A DNA stretch of 32,885 nucleotides. Source: a virus. Its lineage: Duplodnaviria > Caudoviricetes. The DNA lies in the IMG/VR virus record IMGVR_UViG_3300049171_000190, positions 1 to 32,885 of that record. The stretch is one strand, 5' to 3'. The position numbers and the translations under genes were made by a program. Shown here piece after piece: positions 1 through 9,448 of this stretch (positions are counted from its first letter, which is position 1; every line of letters starts with the position of its first letter). The notes under the pieces were generated by a model. That model did not search any database. It saw nothing but the letters and a program-made list of their open reading frames with translations, and was not told the origin of the DNA.

Positions 1-177
1 GAAGGCCTCTCCGTCGTCATCTTCCGTCGTGATGGTGATGATCGGGCGGAAGTCCTTGCTGGTCGGCGGATCCATGGCCGAGTCGTAAATTCGGCCAGCG
101 CACAAAGCGCCAATGACCGGATCGGCTTGCAGGTCGCGTGACACCGCAAGCCGCAGCGCCGTTCGGGCAAGACTCAT
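1..177 (-). CDS. Phage neck/tail-completion-type protein, 5' part (runs off the window edge)
   Basis: ATG at 177 directly after the stop of the upstream gene; reads MSLARTALRLAVSRDLQADPVIGALCAGRIYDSAMDP...; position downstream of capsid genes. Confidence 0.55.
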   Translation of the reverse strand, partial: MSLARTALRLAVSRDLQADPVIGALCAGRIYDSAMDPPTSKDFRPIITITTEDDDGEAF

Positions 178-444
178 TTAGACCCTCAGATTGATCTGAG
201 TGGGCTGGGCCACGAACTCGCGTGTCCAGTTGCCGGAACGCCCCCTGCCCTGTGCCTGAGCCATTGCTCCCTCTGCGGTGAAGGAGCCGATGAAGGGGAA
301 CGGCGGTCTGGAACCGTCGCCCGTTCGCCGGGCATCAGGATCGGTCACTGATTGGGCGCGGGCAAGGAGGATAAACTCCTCGCCAAACGCCTCGTCAAAA
401 TCGGGCTGTGCCTCAGCCCATGCCTCGCGGAACAGGCTGGGCAT
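178..444 (-). CDS. Putative head-tail joining protein (88 aa)
   Basis: MPSLFREAWAEAQPDFDEAFGE... starts 4 nt after the previous stop; synteny only. Confidence 0.5.
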   Translation of the reverse strand: MPSLFREAWAEAQPDFDEAFGEEFILLARAQSVTDPDARRTGDGSRPPFPFIGSFTAEGAMAQAQGRGRSGNWTREFVAQPTQINLRV

Positions 445-448
445 GATC

Positions 449-727
449 TTATCGACGCGCCGTCTTGCTCTCAGCAGCCGCGCGCGCAGGCTCTGAGGCA
501 GGGTCCACGTCCACATGGCCGTCATCGTCGGCCATGGCTCGGTCGACCTTCGTCGCCTTCCGGACGGCACCGGCAGCTTCAAACTCGCTGAACTGCTCGT
601 CACTCAGATCTGTGATGGAGCCGGCGGACACGACATCGATCTTTGGTTTCTTTACAACCTTCCCGTCCTTCGTCTCGCCGGGCTCGCGGCAGACATGGAT
701 GGTATTCAACGCAAGGGCCTGGACCAT
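449..727 (-). CDS. Small phage protein after the major capsid (gpFI-like position)
   Basis: ATG at 727 with GGAG RBS; MVQALALNTIHVCREPG...; synteny. Confidence 0.6.
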   Translation of the reverse strand: MVQALALNTIHVCREPGETKDGKVVKKPKIDVVSAGSITDLSDEQFSEFEAAGAVRKATKVDRAMADDDGHVDVDPASEPARAAAESKTARR

Positions 728-780
728 TGCAATTCTCCAATTGCTAGCGGAGTGGCAGGCCCGGCATGCCGGGCCCAAGA

Positions 781-1833
781 TTATGCGATCACCGTCGCCT
801 TCAGCGTGGCGTTCGGGTTCAGCGGCACCATGAGCGGGGCAGACTGCGTGACGATCTGTTCGATCGCTACATCGCCAGGGACGATGTAATCCCGGGGGAA
901 GATCGGCATGGCCTGGAACCGGGCATTCACGTCCTGGATCGCGCCGAAGCAACGATAGCCCTGGACGTTAGGACCGCTGAGCACGATATCCTTGGAGGAC
1001 ATGAACGGGGTCACGCTGCCACCGACCGTGTAATAGTCGTTGTAGACGTAGACCTCGAGGTTGCCGCCCAGATTGCCGACACGGGTCACCTCTTCCATGC
1101 CGAACGTATCGCGGCGGAGCTCGGTGGATGTCGCCCCACGGATATTGTTGTCGAGGAGCTTCATCAGTTCCTCGTCCTGCTCCATGACACCCCAGACATC
1201 GACACCGACCGTGAGACGGTTCGGGCGTCCGCCGAAGGATGCGCGGTGCATCATGTTCGACCAAGCGGAGATGTTGCCGCGGATCGAAACGCCAGCCTCC
1301 CCCCAGCGGGATCCGGCACCGAGCACAATCGTATGGCCGGCGTCACGTCCGAAGTTGATGACGACCGTCGGATAGTCGTCACCGTCGATCGTGACCTGGC
1401 CATCGATTACAGCCTTTGCGGCGAGCCACTCCCACCGGCGCTCGATAGCGGTGCGGTGATAGGCCAGGATGTCCGTCTTGATCGCGTTGTAGCGCGCCTC
1501 AGGATTCGGCTGCTGCGGCTGGAGCAGCGTGCCGGGGCGCTTGGTCAGGGCCCGGCTCGGTGTCACCGGATCACTCGGCTTTACGTAAGCCGGCTTAAAG
1601 CGCCCGACCTTGCTGCCTTCCTCGTAGATCGGACGGCCCTGGGCGAGCGGCGCCACAAAGGGAGCAAGCTTGCGGCCGGCGCGCGGGATCTTCTCGAAGT
1701 CGATATACTCGTCATCGAAGGTGATGACATTGGGGAAGAGGAGATCCAGCCAATAGTTGGACGGGGCATCCTGCTCCTGCATGACAGCGAGCGAAGTGCT
1801 CGTGTTCCAGAGTTCATAACGCTCGAACGCCAT
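781..1833 (-). CDS. Major capsid protein, lambda gpE family
   Basis: 350 aa; LAPFVAP, FKPAYVKP, RRWEWLAA and QSAPLMVP motifs typical of Phage_cap_E; AAGGAAAG RBS. Confidence 0.93.
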   Translation of the reverse strand: MAFERYELWNTSTSLAVMQEQDAPSNYWLDLLFPNVITFDDEYIDFEKIPRAGRKLAPFVAPLAQGRPIYEEGSKVGRFKPAYVKPSDPVTPSRALTKRPGTLLQPQQPNPEARYNAIKTDILAYHRTAIERRWEWLAAKAVIDGQVTIDGDDYPTVVINFGRDAGHTIVLGAGSRWGEAGVSIRGNISAWSNMMHRASFGGRPNRLTVGVDVWGVMEQDEELMKLLDNNIRGATSTELRRDTFGMEEVTRVGNLGGNLEVYVYNDYYTVGGSVTPFMSSKDIVLSGPNVQGYRCFGAIQDVNARFQAMPIFPRDYIVPGDVAIEQIVTQSAPLMVPLNPNATLKATVIA

Positions 1834-1869
1834 GTTCTGCTTTCCTTTCGAGAGTGACGCTCGCCGCCG

Positions 1870-2277
1870 TTAAAGGCGCTTGCGGATGACGATGTTGGTG
1901 GGAGTGGGAGATCCGCGGAACGCGGCCGCTTTCTGGGCGTCCGTTGCGTAATCCGTGTGCCAGGTCAGAGCGTCGGGATTGAAATTGCCGGCGCGATAGA
2001 CCGCGATCCGGTCGTTCTGCCCTGCGGCCGTGGCGACAGCGACAGTCGTGATTCCGATAGGGACGACCGCTGTCGCGGAGGTCTTGGCCATCACAAGGTT
2101 GCCGGTGGCATCAAGACCGACAACAGCGAATGCCGCCAGCGTCGTGCTGGGCCCGACGTTGAAGTCTTCAGTAACCGGGAGGGGAATGGAGGAGTTGAAG
2201 AGCTCCTGCTGGGCGAAGCTGTCGCTGACCTCGTAGCCCGCGATGCCAGCACCAGCGTAAGGGATATTAGTGGCCAT
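1870..2277 (-). CDS. Head decoration protein (lambda gpD position)
   Basis: 135 aa between protease and capsid; VYRAGNFNPDALTW motif. Confidence 0.85.
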   Translation of the reverse strand: MATNIPYAGAGIAGYEVSDSFAQQELFNSSIPLPVTEDFNVGPSTTLAAFAVVGLDATGNLVMAKTSATAVVPIGITTVAVATAAGQNDRIAVYRAGNFNPDALTWHTDYATDAQKAAAFRGSPTPTNIVIRKRL

Positions 2278-2317
2278 GGGTTGACCTTTCTAGCTCGTGT
2301 GGAAGGGATGCAGCCGC

Positions 2318-2737
2318 TTACGAGGCCTTCTTCGCGCCAGTGATGGCTCGATGATCACCAAGGATCTTCGCGACCTTGGCCTGCTCATCATCGGCCTGAC
2401 CGCCCTCGCCGCCGGCGCCGACGACTGGGTTGGGGGTGCCGTTCATGGCCTGCTCGAACCTGTTCGGCTGATCGCCCTTGGCATCAGCCTTCGGAGCCGC
2501 CTTGAGCAGTTCGACGGCCGCAGCCGCGTCCATATCGGTGCTGAAGGCCAGGTGATTGGCCATGCCTTCACGACCCTTGGCCTCTTCAGAGCCGAGGATC
2601 TCCTTGCAGCGGGCCTGCATGGCGGTTGCGCCTTCCTTCATGCCAGTCTCGCGACCGACCTTCTCGCCCTCCGTGCGGCCCTCGGCGCGCGCGGTATCGA
2701 GCGCAGCCTTGTCGGCTGCCTTGTCCTGAGTGGACAT
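2318..2737 (-). CDS. Nested in-frame scaffolding protein (lambda Nu3-like)
   Basis: Internal ATG at 2737 (MSTQDKAADKAALD...) preceded by GAAGGAG, in frame with the S49 gene; Ala/charge-rich helical sequence. Confidence 0.6.
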   Translation of the reverse strand: MSTQDKAADKAALDTARAEGRTEGEKVGRETGMKEGATAMQARCKEILGSEEAKGREGMANHLAFSTDMDAAAAVELLKAAPKADAKGDQPNRFEQAMNGTPNPVVGAGGEGGQADDEQAKVAKILGDHRAITGAKKAS

Positions 2738-3613
2738 CTCTTCATCTCCTTCAGAGAACAATTCAGCCGCGAACGCAGCCGTGGCGTCTTCCAGCGAGCC
2801 GATCTCGTCGGCCAAGCCGTTGGACTGTGCTTGTGTGGCCGTGAACGTGAGCGCTTCCGTCTTGCGGACAGCCTTCTCGTCCATGCCCCTGTTCCGTGCC
2901 ACGGTGGACACGAAAACCCCGTAGAGCTCGTCGATGCGAGCCTGAATGCGGTCTTTCACGTCTTCAGGCAGCGCCTCGTAGGCGTTGCCGTCGACCTTGT
3001 GCTTGCCCGCGTGGATGAAGGTGATCTTGATACCGGCAGCATCGACTGCCTTGCTGATATCGATGTGGGCTGTTACCACGCCGATCGAGCCCACCCCACC
3101 TGTCCGCGAGACGACAATCCTGCCGGCAGCGGACGCGATCGAATAGGCTGCGGAATAGGCACTCTCAGCAGCGAACGCCCGCACGGGCTTCTGCCCTCGA
3201 GCGGCGAATATCATATCGACCAGATCGAAGTTGCCGGCCACGTGCCCGCCAGGGCTGTCGATGATCAGAGCGATACCCCTGACGTTGCCGTCGGCGAGGC
3301 CACGCTCGAACGCCTTCCAGATGTAGGTGTAACCAGTCGCCCAAGAGCCCAGCTGATAACCGAAGTCGTGGAGGAGGACTCCTTTGATCGGGATCAGCAG
3401 AACGCCATTCTTGACGATGTACGGGCGGTACGCCGATCGCCAGTCACTGGTATCGAACCAGAAGTCGTCAGCCATGACAGCTGGCGCTTCTGTCTTCTCA
3501 ATGCTCTCCAGAATGGAAGAGGCCCGCGCCAAGCAGGCCTCGAACATCCCCTTCATTTCGACCGCAATCAGCGAAGGCTGCAGATCGAAGCTGGCAAGCA
3601 GAGAATTATGCAT
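2318..3613 (-). CDS. S49 family prohead protease with C-terminal scaffold domain (lambda gpC-like)
   Basis: IDSPGG, AYSAAYSIAS, GVGSIGV, AGKHKVDGN motifs; start MHNSLL at 3613 overlaps the portal stop. Confidence 0.92.
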   Translation of the reverse strand: MHNSLLASFDLQPSLIAVEMKGMFEACLARASSILESIEKTEAPAVMADDFWFDTSDWRSAYRPYIVKNGVLLIPIKGVLLHDFGYQLGSWATGYTYIWKAFERGLADGNVRGIALIIDSPGGHVAGNFDLVDMIFAARGQKPVRAFAAESAYSAAYSIASAAGRIVVSRTGGVGSIGVVTAHIDISKAVDAAGIKITFIHAGKHKVDGNAYEALPEDVKDRIQARIDELYGVFVSTVARNRGMDEKAVRKTEALTFTATQAQSNGLADEIGSLEDATAAFAAELFSEGDEEMSTQDKAADKAALDTARAEGRTEGEKVGRETGMKEGATAMQARCKEILGSEEAKGREGMANHLAFSTDMDAAAAVELLKAAPKADAKGDQPNRFEQAMNGTPNPVVGAGGEGGQADDEQAKVAKILGDHRAITGAKKAS

Positions 3614-5216
3614 TGGCTTCCGTCTCTTCTTCCTGTGCAGCATTGCCTGCGGCGGATGCCTGGGCTGGCGGCCACGGAAGGCCCGCCTCCTCATAGGCTT
3701 GCTTCTCGTAGGCCAGTTCTCGGGCCGTCTGGTCGATCTGCTCGCGCCAATCCCTGCCCTGCTCGCCTGCCTCGTCAGCCAGAGTGGAAACCTTGTTGTT
3801 GAGGCGCTCAGTTGCCGCCTTGGCTTCCTTCAGTGGGTCCACCCAGCCACGGCCTGCAAAGATCCACTTGCAGCGGGTCCAGGCAATCTGGTTGGCGTAG
3901 TAGTCATCCGGCGTGCAGTCCGGGATCATTCCGCGCTGAACTGCCTCCTCGAACCAGAGGTCGTAAACAACAGCGCACCAGTGATCGATCAGGAACTGAC
4001 GAACTGACGAGAAGTAGCGCCATGCTTCGAGGAGCGCGGCGCGTGCGGACGAATAGTTCGTTTTTGAGAAGTCCCGGAAGACGAGCTCGTACGGCATGTT
4101 CAGGCCGGTGCCGATGCTCCGCAGCATCACGGTCGCGAAGCTGTCCAGCTCCGTCAGTTGCTGGTTAGGAGCAAAGGCCTTGAGCGATGTCCCTGGCGGC
4201 AGCGGGATCATGGTGCCGCCAGACATCTGGATGCGCCATTCATCGAGCGACTGCCGGTACGCTCCCATCGGATCGTCGGTTCGCCCGAGCATATCTGCGA
4301 TCTGCTGCCCCTCCATTGGCGTTTCAAGCGCCGCGAAGATCAGCGAGTTCAGCACCGCCTTGCGGAGCGTTTCGCGGTTCATGTGATCGAACATCTTGAA
4401 GAGCCGTGCCACAGACGTGATCACGGCCTTGCCGCGCGTCTGCCCTACCCGCTCGCTCTCATAGAGGTGGATCACACGCCGGCGCCCCCACGGCATGTAA
4501 GCCGGGATGCGTTCCCATTCCCCAATGCTGGTGCCGATGCCATACCCATAGACATCACCCGGGTGCGTCTTGCGGACATGATACGCCGTCGCTGCCGTCG
4601 TGACCGGATCCAGTTCGATCCCGCCGCGGAAGTTGACGCTCTCGATCTGCCCCATTGGATTAGAAAGGCGAGCCGGATCAACCAGCTGGATGCAGGTGTT
4701 CCAGCGTGATCCGTTCCGCTTCGTCCAGAGAGGCAACGCCAGTGCCTCGCCCGTCGCCGCGATCATGCGCGCTTGAAGACGGGTTGAGGTGTGGAAGTTG
4801 TAGCGCAGGCCTGCGTCGAACCAGTCGGTATCCGCAAAGGTCGCGAACTCGGATTCGACCTCGCGGGCCCAACCATCGACCCAGCCAGCTTCCTTCTTCA
4901 GCCGAATCCTGTCCGGGTTCGGCTTGCAGGTGATCCGGGGACCAATGACGTTGTCGATGAAGGTCCGCTCGGAACCTGCCGCGACACCATTGTTGCGAAC
5001 AAGATCATCGATGCGTCCCGAGATCGTATCGAGTTCAGGCAGCAGGGCGGCATCCGGCGACAGGCGCGCCGCCCCCCATGTCGCCATGTCCTTCGCCAGA
5101 TAGGACGCGGCGTGGTGCGCGGTCTCGACCTCGGGCACGGCCATCAGGTCGCGACCTGTCTGCGCGGGTCGGGCTTTCACGCCAGGCGCGCCTCTATTGT
5201 TCCAGGATGGCTGCAT
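3606..5216 (-). CDS. Portal protein, lambda family
   Basis: 536 aa; DLVRNNG, GQTRG, DFSKTNYSSARAALLE and GWVDPLKE motifs. Confidence 0.95.
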   Translation of the reverse strand: MQPSWNNRGAPGVKARPAQTGRDLMAVPEVETAHHAASYLAKDMATWGAARLSPDAALLPELDTISGRIDDLVRNNGVAAGSERTFIDNVIGPRITCKPNPDRIRLKKEAGWVDGWAREVESEFATFADTDWFDAGLRYNFHTSTRLQARMIAATGEALALPLWTKRNGSRWNTCIQLVDPARLSNPMGQIESVNFRGGIELDPVTTAATAYHVRKTHPGDVYGYGIGTSIGEWERIPAYMPWGRRRVIHLYESERVGQTRGKAVITSVARLFKMFDHMNRETLRKAVLNSLIFAALETPMEGQQIADMLGRTDDPMGAYRQSLDEWRIQMSGGTMIPLPPGTSLKAFAPNQQLTELDSFATVMLRSIGTGLNMPYELVFRDFSKTNYSSARAALLEAWRYFSSVRQFLIDHWCAVVYDLWFEEAVQRGMIPDCTPDDYYANQIAWTRCKWIFAGRGWVDPLKEAKAATERLNNKVSTLADEAGEQGRDWREQIDQTARELAYEKQAYEEAGLPWPPAQASAAGNAAQEEETEANA

Positions 5217-5446
5217 CAGAAGGAAATCACGAAAGGCCCACGGCGGACCGGGACAGGGCTCTCAAGGGTTGCGATCTGCCGCTTGAGATCGGCAACGTAG
5301 GCGCGCAGCTGTCCGATGGTAGCCGCTGTATAGGTAAGTTTGCGTTCGCCGTCCGAGATCGACACGACGGATTTGCCGATCGACAGGCGATGCAAGGCGA
5401 GCTCCGCCTCAGAAAGGCGTTGCTTCAGGGTAGCAAGGTCAATCAT
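5216..5446 (-). CDS. gpW-like head-to-tail joining protein
   Basis: 76 aa between TerL and portal; ALHRLSIGKSVVSI..GERKLTY..LRAYVADLK pattern. Confidence 0.88.
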   Translation of the reverse strand: MIDLATLKQRLSEAELALHRLSIGKSVVSISDGERKLTYTAATIGQLRAYVADLKRQIATLESPVPVRRGPFVISF

Positions 5447-5453
5447 GTCGCTC

Positions 5454-7403
5454 TCAGATGTAAGGATCGGACGCCACTGCCATCGGCTTCATCGGGGGTC
5501 GATGTGCTGGCTGGACAGGCGCCCTCGGCACCGGTTGCTTCAGGTCCGGATCCTTGTTGAGATCTCGGTTCTCTCTCAGCGTAGCCCACCGGCTCGGCTT
5601 CCACGCCGCAACGCCCATGGTCCAGAGCGCCGCACGCGCATACACCCGGCAGTCCAGCGCCTCGTTTCGTTCGTGCTCTTTCTTCCACTCGTACCGTCCA
5701 GTAGAGCGCCGCACGCGCTTCTCGGCGGTCAGCTGCTTGCACCAGTCGGCATCCATGAAATCCGGCACGTGCACGTAACCGGGCGGGAAGCCGTTCTCGG
5801 CAATCTCTTCATCCGTCGGGCGAGAGAGCGCCAGAAAGCGATACAACTCCGCCTTGAACACATCGCCCGTTACCGACCGGAGCCGGATCGCGCGCTTGCG
5901 TGTTCCGAACGGGATGTTCGTCGGCGATCCGACCGGAGCATTGATTTCGTATCCGCGCTTACCCTTCACCGCATAGACGCGGCTCTGGTCCTGCTTCGAG
6001 ATCCACGAATAGACGGCCGTCGTCTGGTCGCCCGTGTCGACGGCCAGCAGATCCAGCTTCAGTTCAACACCAGAAGCATGCACCCAGGTATCGTCGAGCG
6101 CTTCCTCAATCATCTCCCAGGTCTTGGGATCATCCGCCGGCCCATAGGAGACGCGGCGGTCGATAGCCCAACTCTCCAGCCCTTCGCCAAAGCCCCAGAC
6201 ATGAAGTTCAATGCGGGCCGGGCTGGCCTGCACGTCAACGGCGCCCATCAGGAGAGTCACGCCGGACGGCAATGTGCCTGGCTTCCAGGACTCGCGCCTC
6301 TCGTAGATCCTCTCCCAATCGACCTGCTCACCCTTCTCGAACCACGTCTCACCGAGGCGAGTGTTCTTGAAGGTCTTGAGCTTGGAGTCGTCGCCTTGAG
6401 CCGCTTCCCACTCCCGCGCGATATCCTCCCATGACATCCATCCGAGTGGCGAATACAGCGCAGAGATGTGGAAGCCGATCGTGCCGGGATCCTTCGCGTT
6501 GGCAGTCGGGCGCCACACTCCTTCAGGAAGCATAGTCGCCTTGTGTCTCTCCTCGATCAGAGCACCGCAGTGCTCGCAGACATAGTGGACAGTCTCAGGC
6601 TGCCCCCTTTCCCATCGAAGCCGCTCAAACTGAAGCCACTGCCTTTCCTCGCAATGGGGGCAAGGCACGAAGTAGCGGCGCTGATCGGACATCTCGAACT
6701 CGCGCTCGATACGGGACTCTCCATGAACCGTCGGCGTCGAGACCAGAAACATCTTTGCCGTCCGCCCGAATGTCGTGGTGCGGTTGGCTACGAGCGCGAT
6801 CGGATCGCCTTCGCCGTCCACATCGCCTGGATAGGCGTCGATCTCATCGCAGAAGGCATAGCGTGCCGGCATGGAGCGCAAGCCCACCGCGGAGTTTGCC
6901 CCGGTCATCACCAGGATGCCGCCCGGGAAGCTCTTGGCCAGAACGGTGTTGCCGCTGTCCTTCTGCTTCGCTGGCGCGATCAGCTTCGCAAGCTCCGGAC
7001 TGTCCTCGATGAGAGGCCCGATACGCTGCTGAGAAACCTTCTTCGCCGTGTCGACGGTCGGCCAGACACCCATGACAGGCGCCGGCGACCAATGGATGAT
7101 GTAGCCCAACCAGTTGTTGCCTGCTTCCGTGGCTCCAACCTGAGCGCCTTTCATAAACACGACACGGCGTGCCGGATGCGTTGGCGAGAGAGCGTCCATC
7201 ACCTCCCTGAGAAAAGGTGTGCGATCCGTCCGATAAGGGCCTGCCTCAGCGGCCAGTTTCGTGGACAAAATCCGGTACCGGTCAGCCCATTCGGAAACCG
7301 TCAGGACCGGATCGGGCTGAAGCGATCTCCGGATGGCATCCTCAATCGCGTCCGCGCCATCGTAGGTGTGTTCAGGCTCGGACCACCGGGCTTGAGAGAG
7401 CAT
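5454..7403 (-). CDS. terL: Terminase large subunit, lambda gpA family
   Basis: 649 aa; KGAQVGAT Walker A, CDEID Walker B, STPT, CPHC/CEHC, RNEALDC motifs. Confidence 0.96.
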   Translation of the reverse strand: MLSQARWSEPEHTYDGADAIEDAIRRSLQPDPVLTVSEWADRYRILSTKLAAEAGPYRTDRTPFLREVMDALSPTHPARRVVFMKGAQVGATEAGNNWLGYIIHWSPAPVMGVWPTVDTAKKVSQQRIGPLIEDSPELAKLIAPAKQKDSGNTVLAKSFPGGILVMTGANSAVGLRSMPARYAFCDEIDAYPGDVDGEGDPIALVANRTTTFGRTAKMFLVSTPTVHGESRIEREFEMSDQRRYFVPCPHCEERQWLQFERLRWERGQPETVHYVCEHCGALIEERHKATMLPEGVWRPTANAKDPGTIGFHISALYSPLGWMSWEDIAREWEAAQGDDSKLKTFKNTRLGETWFEKGEQVDWERIYERRESWKPGTLPSGVTLLMGAVDVQASPARIELHVWGFGEGLESWAIDRRVSYGPADDPKTWEMIEEALDDTWVHASGVELKLDLLAVDTGDQTTAVYSWISKQDQSRVYAVKGKRGYEINAPVGSPTNIPFGTRKRAIRLRSVTGDVFKAELYRFLALSRPTDEEIAENGFPPGYVHVPDFMDADWCKQLTAEKRVRRSTGRYEWKKEHERNEALDCRVYARAALWTMGVAAWKPSRWATLRENRDLNKDPDLKQPVPRAPVQPAHRPPMKPMAVASDPYI

Positions 7404-7950
7404 CGAGTTCCGCCGCTATGGCTTTCGAGAGAGCTGCATCGAGAGCAGCCGGGTCGCACCCGACCTCTGCAGCTATCGCCGCCACGTGGCGGGTCGGCAG
7501 GCGCTGAACGACCTGTCGGAAGCCGATGAAAGCCTTCTCTACGTGTTGCTGTACCTTGGCCAACGGCACAAGCTCCTTGCGCCGCTGCGCCATCTTCAGA
7601 TCGCGCTCGTAAGCCTTGAGGATCGTATCGGCCGTCCGTGCCATGCCGAAGTCGACCTCGGCGTCTTCCTCGATGCTGGAGCCTTCCGACCGCAGTACCT
7701 TGATGATCAAGCCAACTGCGGCTCGTGCTTCATCCTCAGTGCGAACCACTACCTGCTGCGAACTTGGGTTCGCGGGTTCGCGCACCTTGGTTCGCGCTGG
7801 ATCGGTTGATGCCGCCCAGGCCTTCCGAGCCGCTTCCAGATCAATCGTGCCGTCCGGCAACTCCTTGATGCGCCCGGCTTTAATGGCCTTGCGCACTGCC
7901 GTGTCAGAGACGCCAAGCTGACGAGCTACCTCACGCTTGGAGACGCCCAC
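7372..7950 (-). CDS. terS: Terminase small subunit (Nu1-like, N-terminal HTH)
   Basis: GTG start; SKREVARQLGVSDTAVRKAIKAGRI HTH; overlaps the TerL start. Confidence 0.88.
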   Translation of the reverse strand: MGVSKREVARQLGVSDTAVRKAIKAGRIKELPDGTIDLEAARKAWAASTDPARTKVREPANPSSQQVVVRTEDEARAAVGLIIKVLRSEGSSIEEDAEVDFGMARTADTILKAYERDLKMAQRRKELVPLAKVQQHVEKAFIGFRQVVQRLPTRHVAAIAAEVGCDPAALDAALSKAIAAELDALSSPVVRA

Positions 7951-7964
7951 TGCGAACCTCGAAA

Positions 7965-8034
7965 TTTTGTTTCAGAACTAGCGAAATCCCGGGCGGTTCT
8001 CCGCCCGCATAAGGGGGGTGCTCCAGAAGGACCC
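7965..8034 (-). other. cos packaging site (cosQ + cosN, lambda-like)
   Basis: Minus strand GGGTCCT-N21-GGGCGGAGAACCGCCCGGGATTTCGCTAGTTCTGAAAC parallels lambda GGGTCCT...GGGCGGCGACCTCGCGGGTTTTCGCTATTTATGAAA; directly upstream of terS. Confidence 0.8.
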
Positions 8035-8109
8035 AAGGCCCTAAGAAACATGTTACATCAGCGCAATGCGAGGGGCGTGACCACCCCTCTGATCAGGTGA
8101 ATTACGCTC

Positions 8110-8721
8110 TCACTTCCCGTCGAGAACCCGCAGGAGTTCGTGCCCGAGCCGGTCGGCAAGGTCGCGTTGAGCGACATCGTAGAAAGCTTGCTCTGTAGCC
8201 CCTGTTACCATCTGCTCAGGGATGACAACGCCACTGTCCTGCAGCTCCATCTTGCCGGTCCACGCTCCGCCTTCGACGTTCTGGTAGACATGGCCTCCCA
8301 ACTTCTTGAGCAAGCGTCGACCCTTGATCGGCCCGATGAAGTCCTTGCTATAGCGCTTCGACCGGCCGCTTTTCATGAAGAAGTCGGGGTAGTGCTTGCG
8401 CCTTCCCAGCGGATAGGCAGCGACGCCGCCCCGTGCTTCACGAGGCTTGAAGTACTTGAGGCTGATGTCTCCACCACGAGAGGTGATTGTGTAGGCTAGG
8501 TCGCCGCGCTGAGCAGCTCGCCTGGTCTTCAAGGCTTTTGCGATCGTCTTGCGTTTCAGGCCTGTCTGAGCCGTCAGCGACTTGATCATGGCCGTGCGGG
8601 CCTTGTTGCCCGTGTGGTTCAGAGCTCTTGCAATCGCGACGGGCGCTTTCTTCCCGACAGACGCTATGAGGTTGGCGAGGCGCGAGACATCAACAGTATC
8701 GATCCGAAGCTGTAAGGCCAT
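8110..8721 (-). CDS. Phage protein, minor tail protein Z (gpZ)-like
   Basis: AIARALNHTG..ART motif; basic 203 aa; upstream of cos/terS. Confidence 0.7.
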   Translation of the reverse strand: MALQLRIDTVDVSRLANLIASVGKKAPVAIARALNHTGNKARTAMIKSLTAQTGLKRKTIAKALKTRRAAQRGDLAYTITSRGGDISLKYFKPREARGGVAAYPLGRRKHYPDFFMKSGRSKRYSKDFIGPIKGRRLLKKLGGHVYQNVEGGAWTGKMELQDSGVVIPEQMVTGATEQAFYDVAQRDLADRLGHELLRVLDGK

Positions 8722-9169
8722 GTCGGTCTACCACTCTGCTCTACGCTTGGAGGCGTGTTCCATACAACGTCCGGAGTAACCATTCGGAGCGCCAAACGAA
8801 TCAGGCGAGACAAGTATTCTCTGAATAGTCTTGGGGGACTGACAATGACTATCCGAGTTTCAGCTTGCACCGACGAAGCCTTCTCGAAAAGTCTAGTGCC
8901 GATGGCATACCTACGGCACTGCACTCTTCGATCGGATAATGACAATGCAGTTCGCTGGGACTTGCGGCTCAAGGTGCGCTTGCGGTTCAAGAGAGCGGCC
9001 TATGCCAATGCCCGCGCTGTGAGCTGACTCGACCAGGCTGTGAAGCGGTTCCTTATCGGCCCTACTAGTTTAGCAGCGTCGTGCTCTCTGCCTTTCTCTG
9101 TGAGTTTACGGAATGGGCATATTCCGTGAGGGTATTGATCCTACAGCGGAGACATTGTTAACCAGGGCT

Positions 9170-9289
9170 ATGGATAGCGATCCCAAGAATCATCCGGCTA
9201 ATGATGTCCTTGCGCTAATCTGCAACTTCATTGGACTGATAAGCGCGATCATATGCTTCAGCCTTGTTTTCAACGCCGTGCCTGTTTGA
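9170..9289 (+). CDS. Small single-pass membrane peptide (39 aa)
   Basis: MDSDPKNHPANDVLALICNFIGLISAIICFSLVFNAVPV; read by eye, below the ORF track cutoff. Confidence 0.4.
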   Translation: MDSDPKNHPANDVLALICNFIGLISAIICFSLVFNAVPV

Positions 9290-9316
9290 CCTGTTAGAGA
9301 GGAAGGTCTGTGACTG

Positions 9317-9448
9317 ATGCCTTATGAAGACTTCGATGACCATCCTGGATTAGACCCAGGGAAGGATCGCTTAGCGGGGGTTCTCCGATGGCTTGGCCTG
9401 ATCGGCGGGGTCGCTTTGCTCATATGGGCGGTCAGTATAACCCTGTGA
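9317..9448 (+). CDS. Small single-pass membrane peptide (43 aa)
   Basis: GAGGAAGG RBS; MPYEDFDDHPGLDPGKDRLAGVLRWLGLIGGVALLIWAVSITL. Confidence 0.45.
   Translation: MPYEDFDDHPGLDPGKDRLAGVLRWLGLIGGVALLIWAVSITL

Noticed and set aside
766-7529. Long plus-strand ORFs (766-1857, 2297-3802, 5340-6434, 6468-7529)
   Set aside because: Antisense shadows of high-GC structural genes with no motifs
8664-9027. ORFs on both strands upstream of the gpZ-like gene
   Set aside because: No RBS or recognisable motif; cannot be supported
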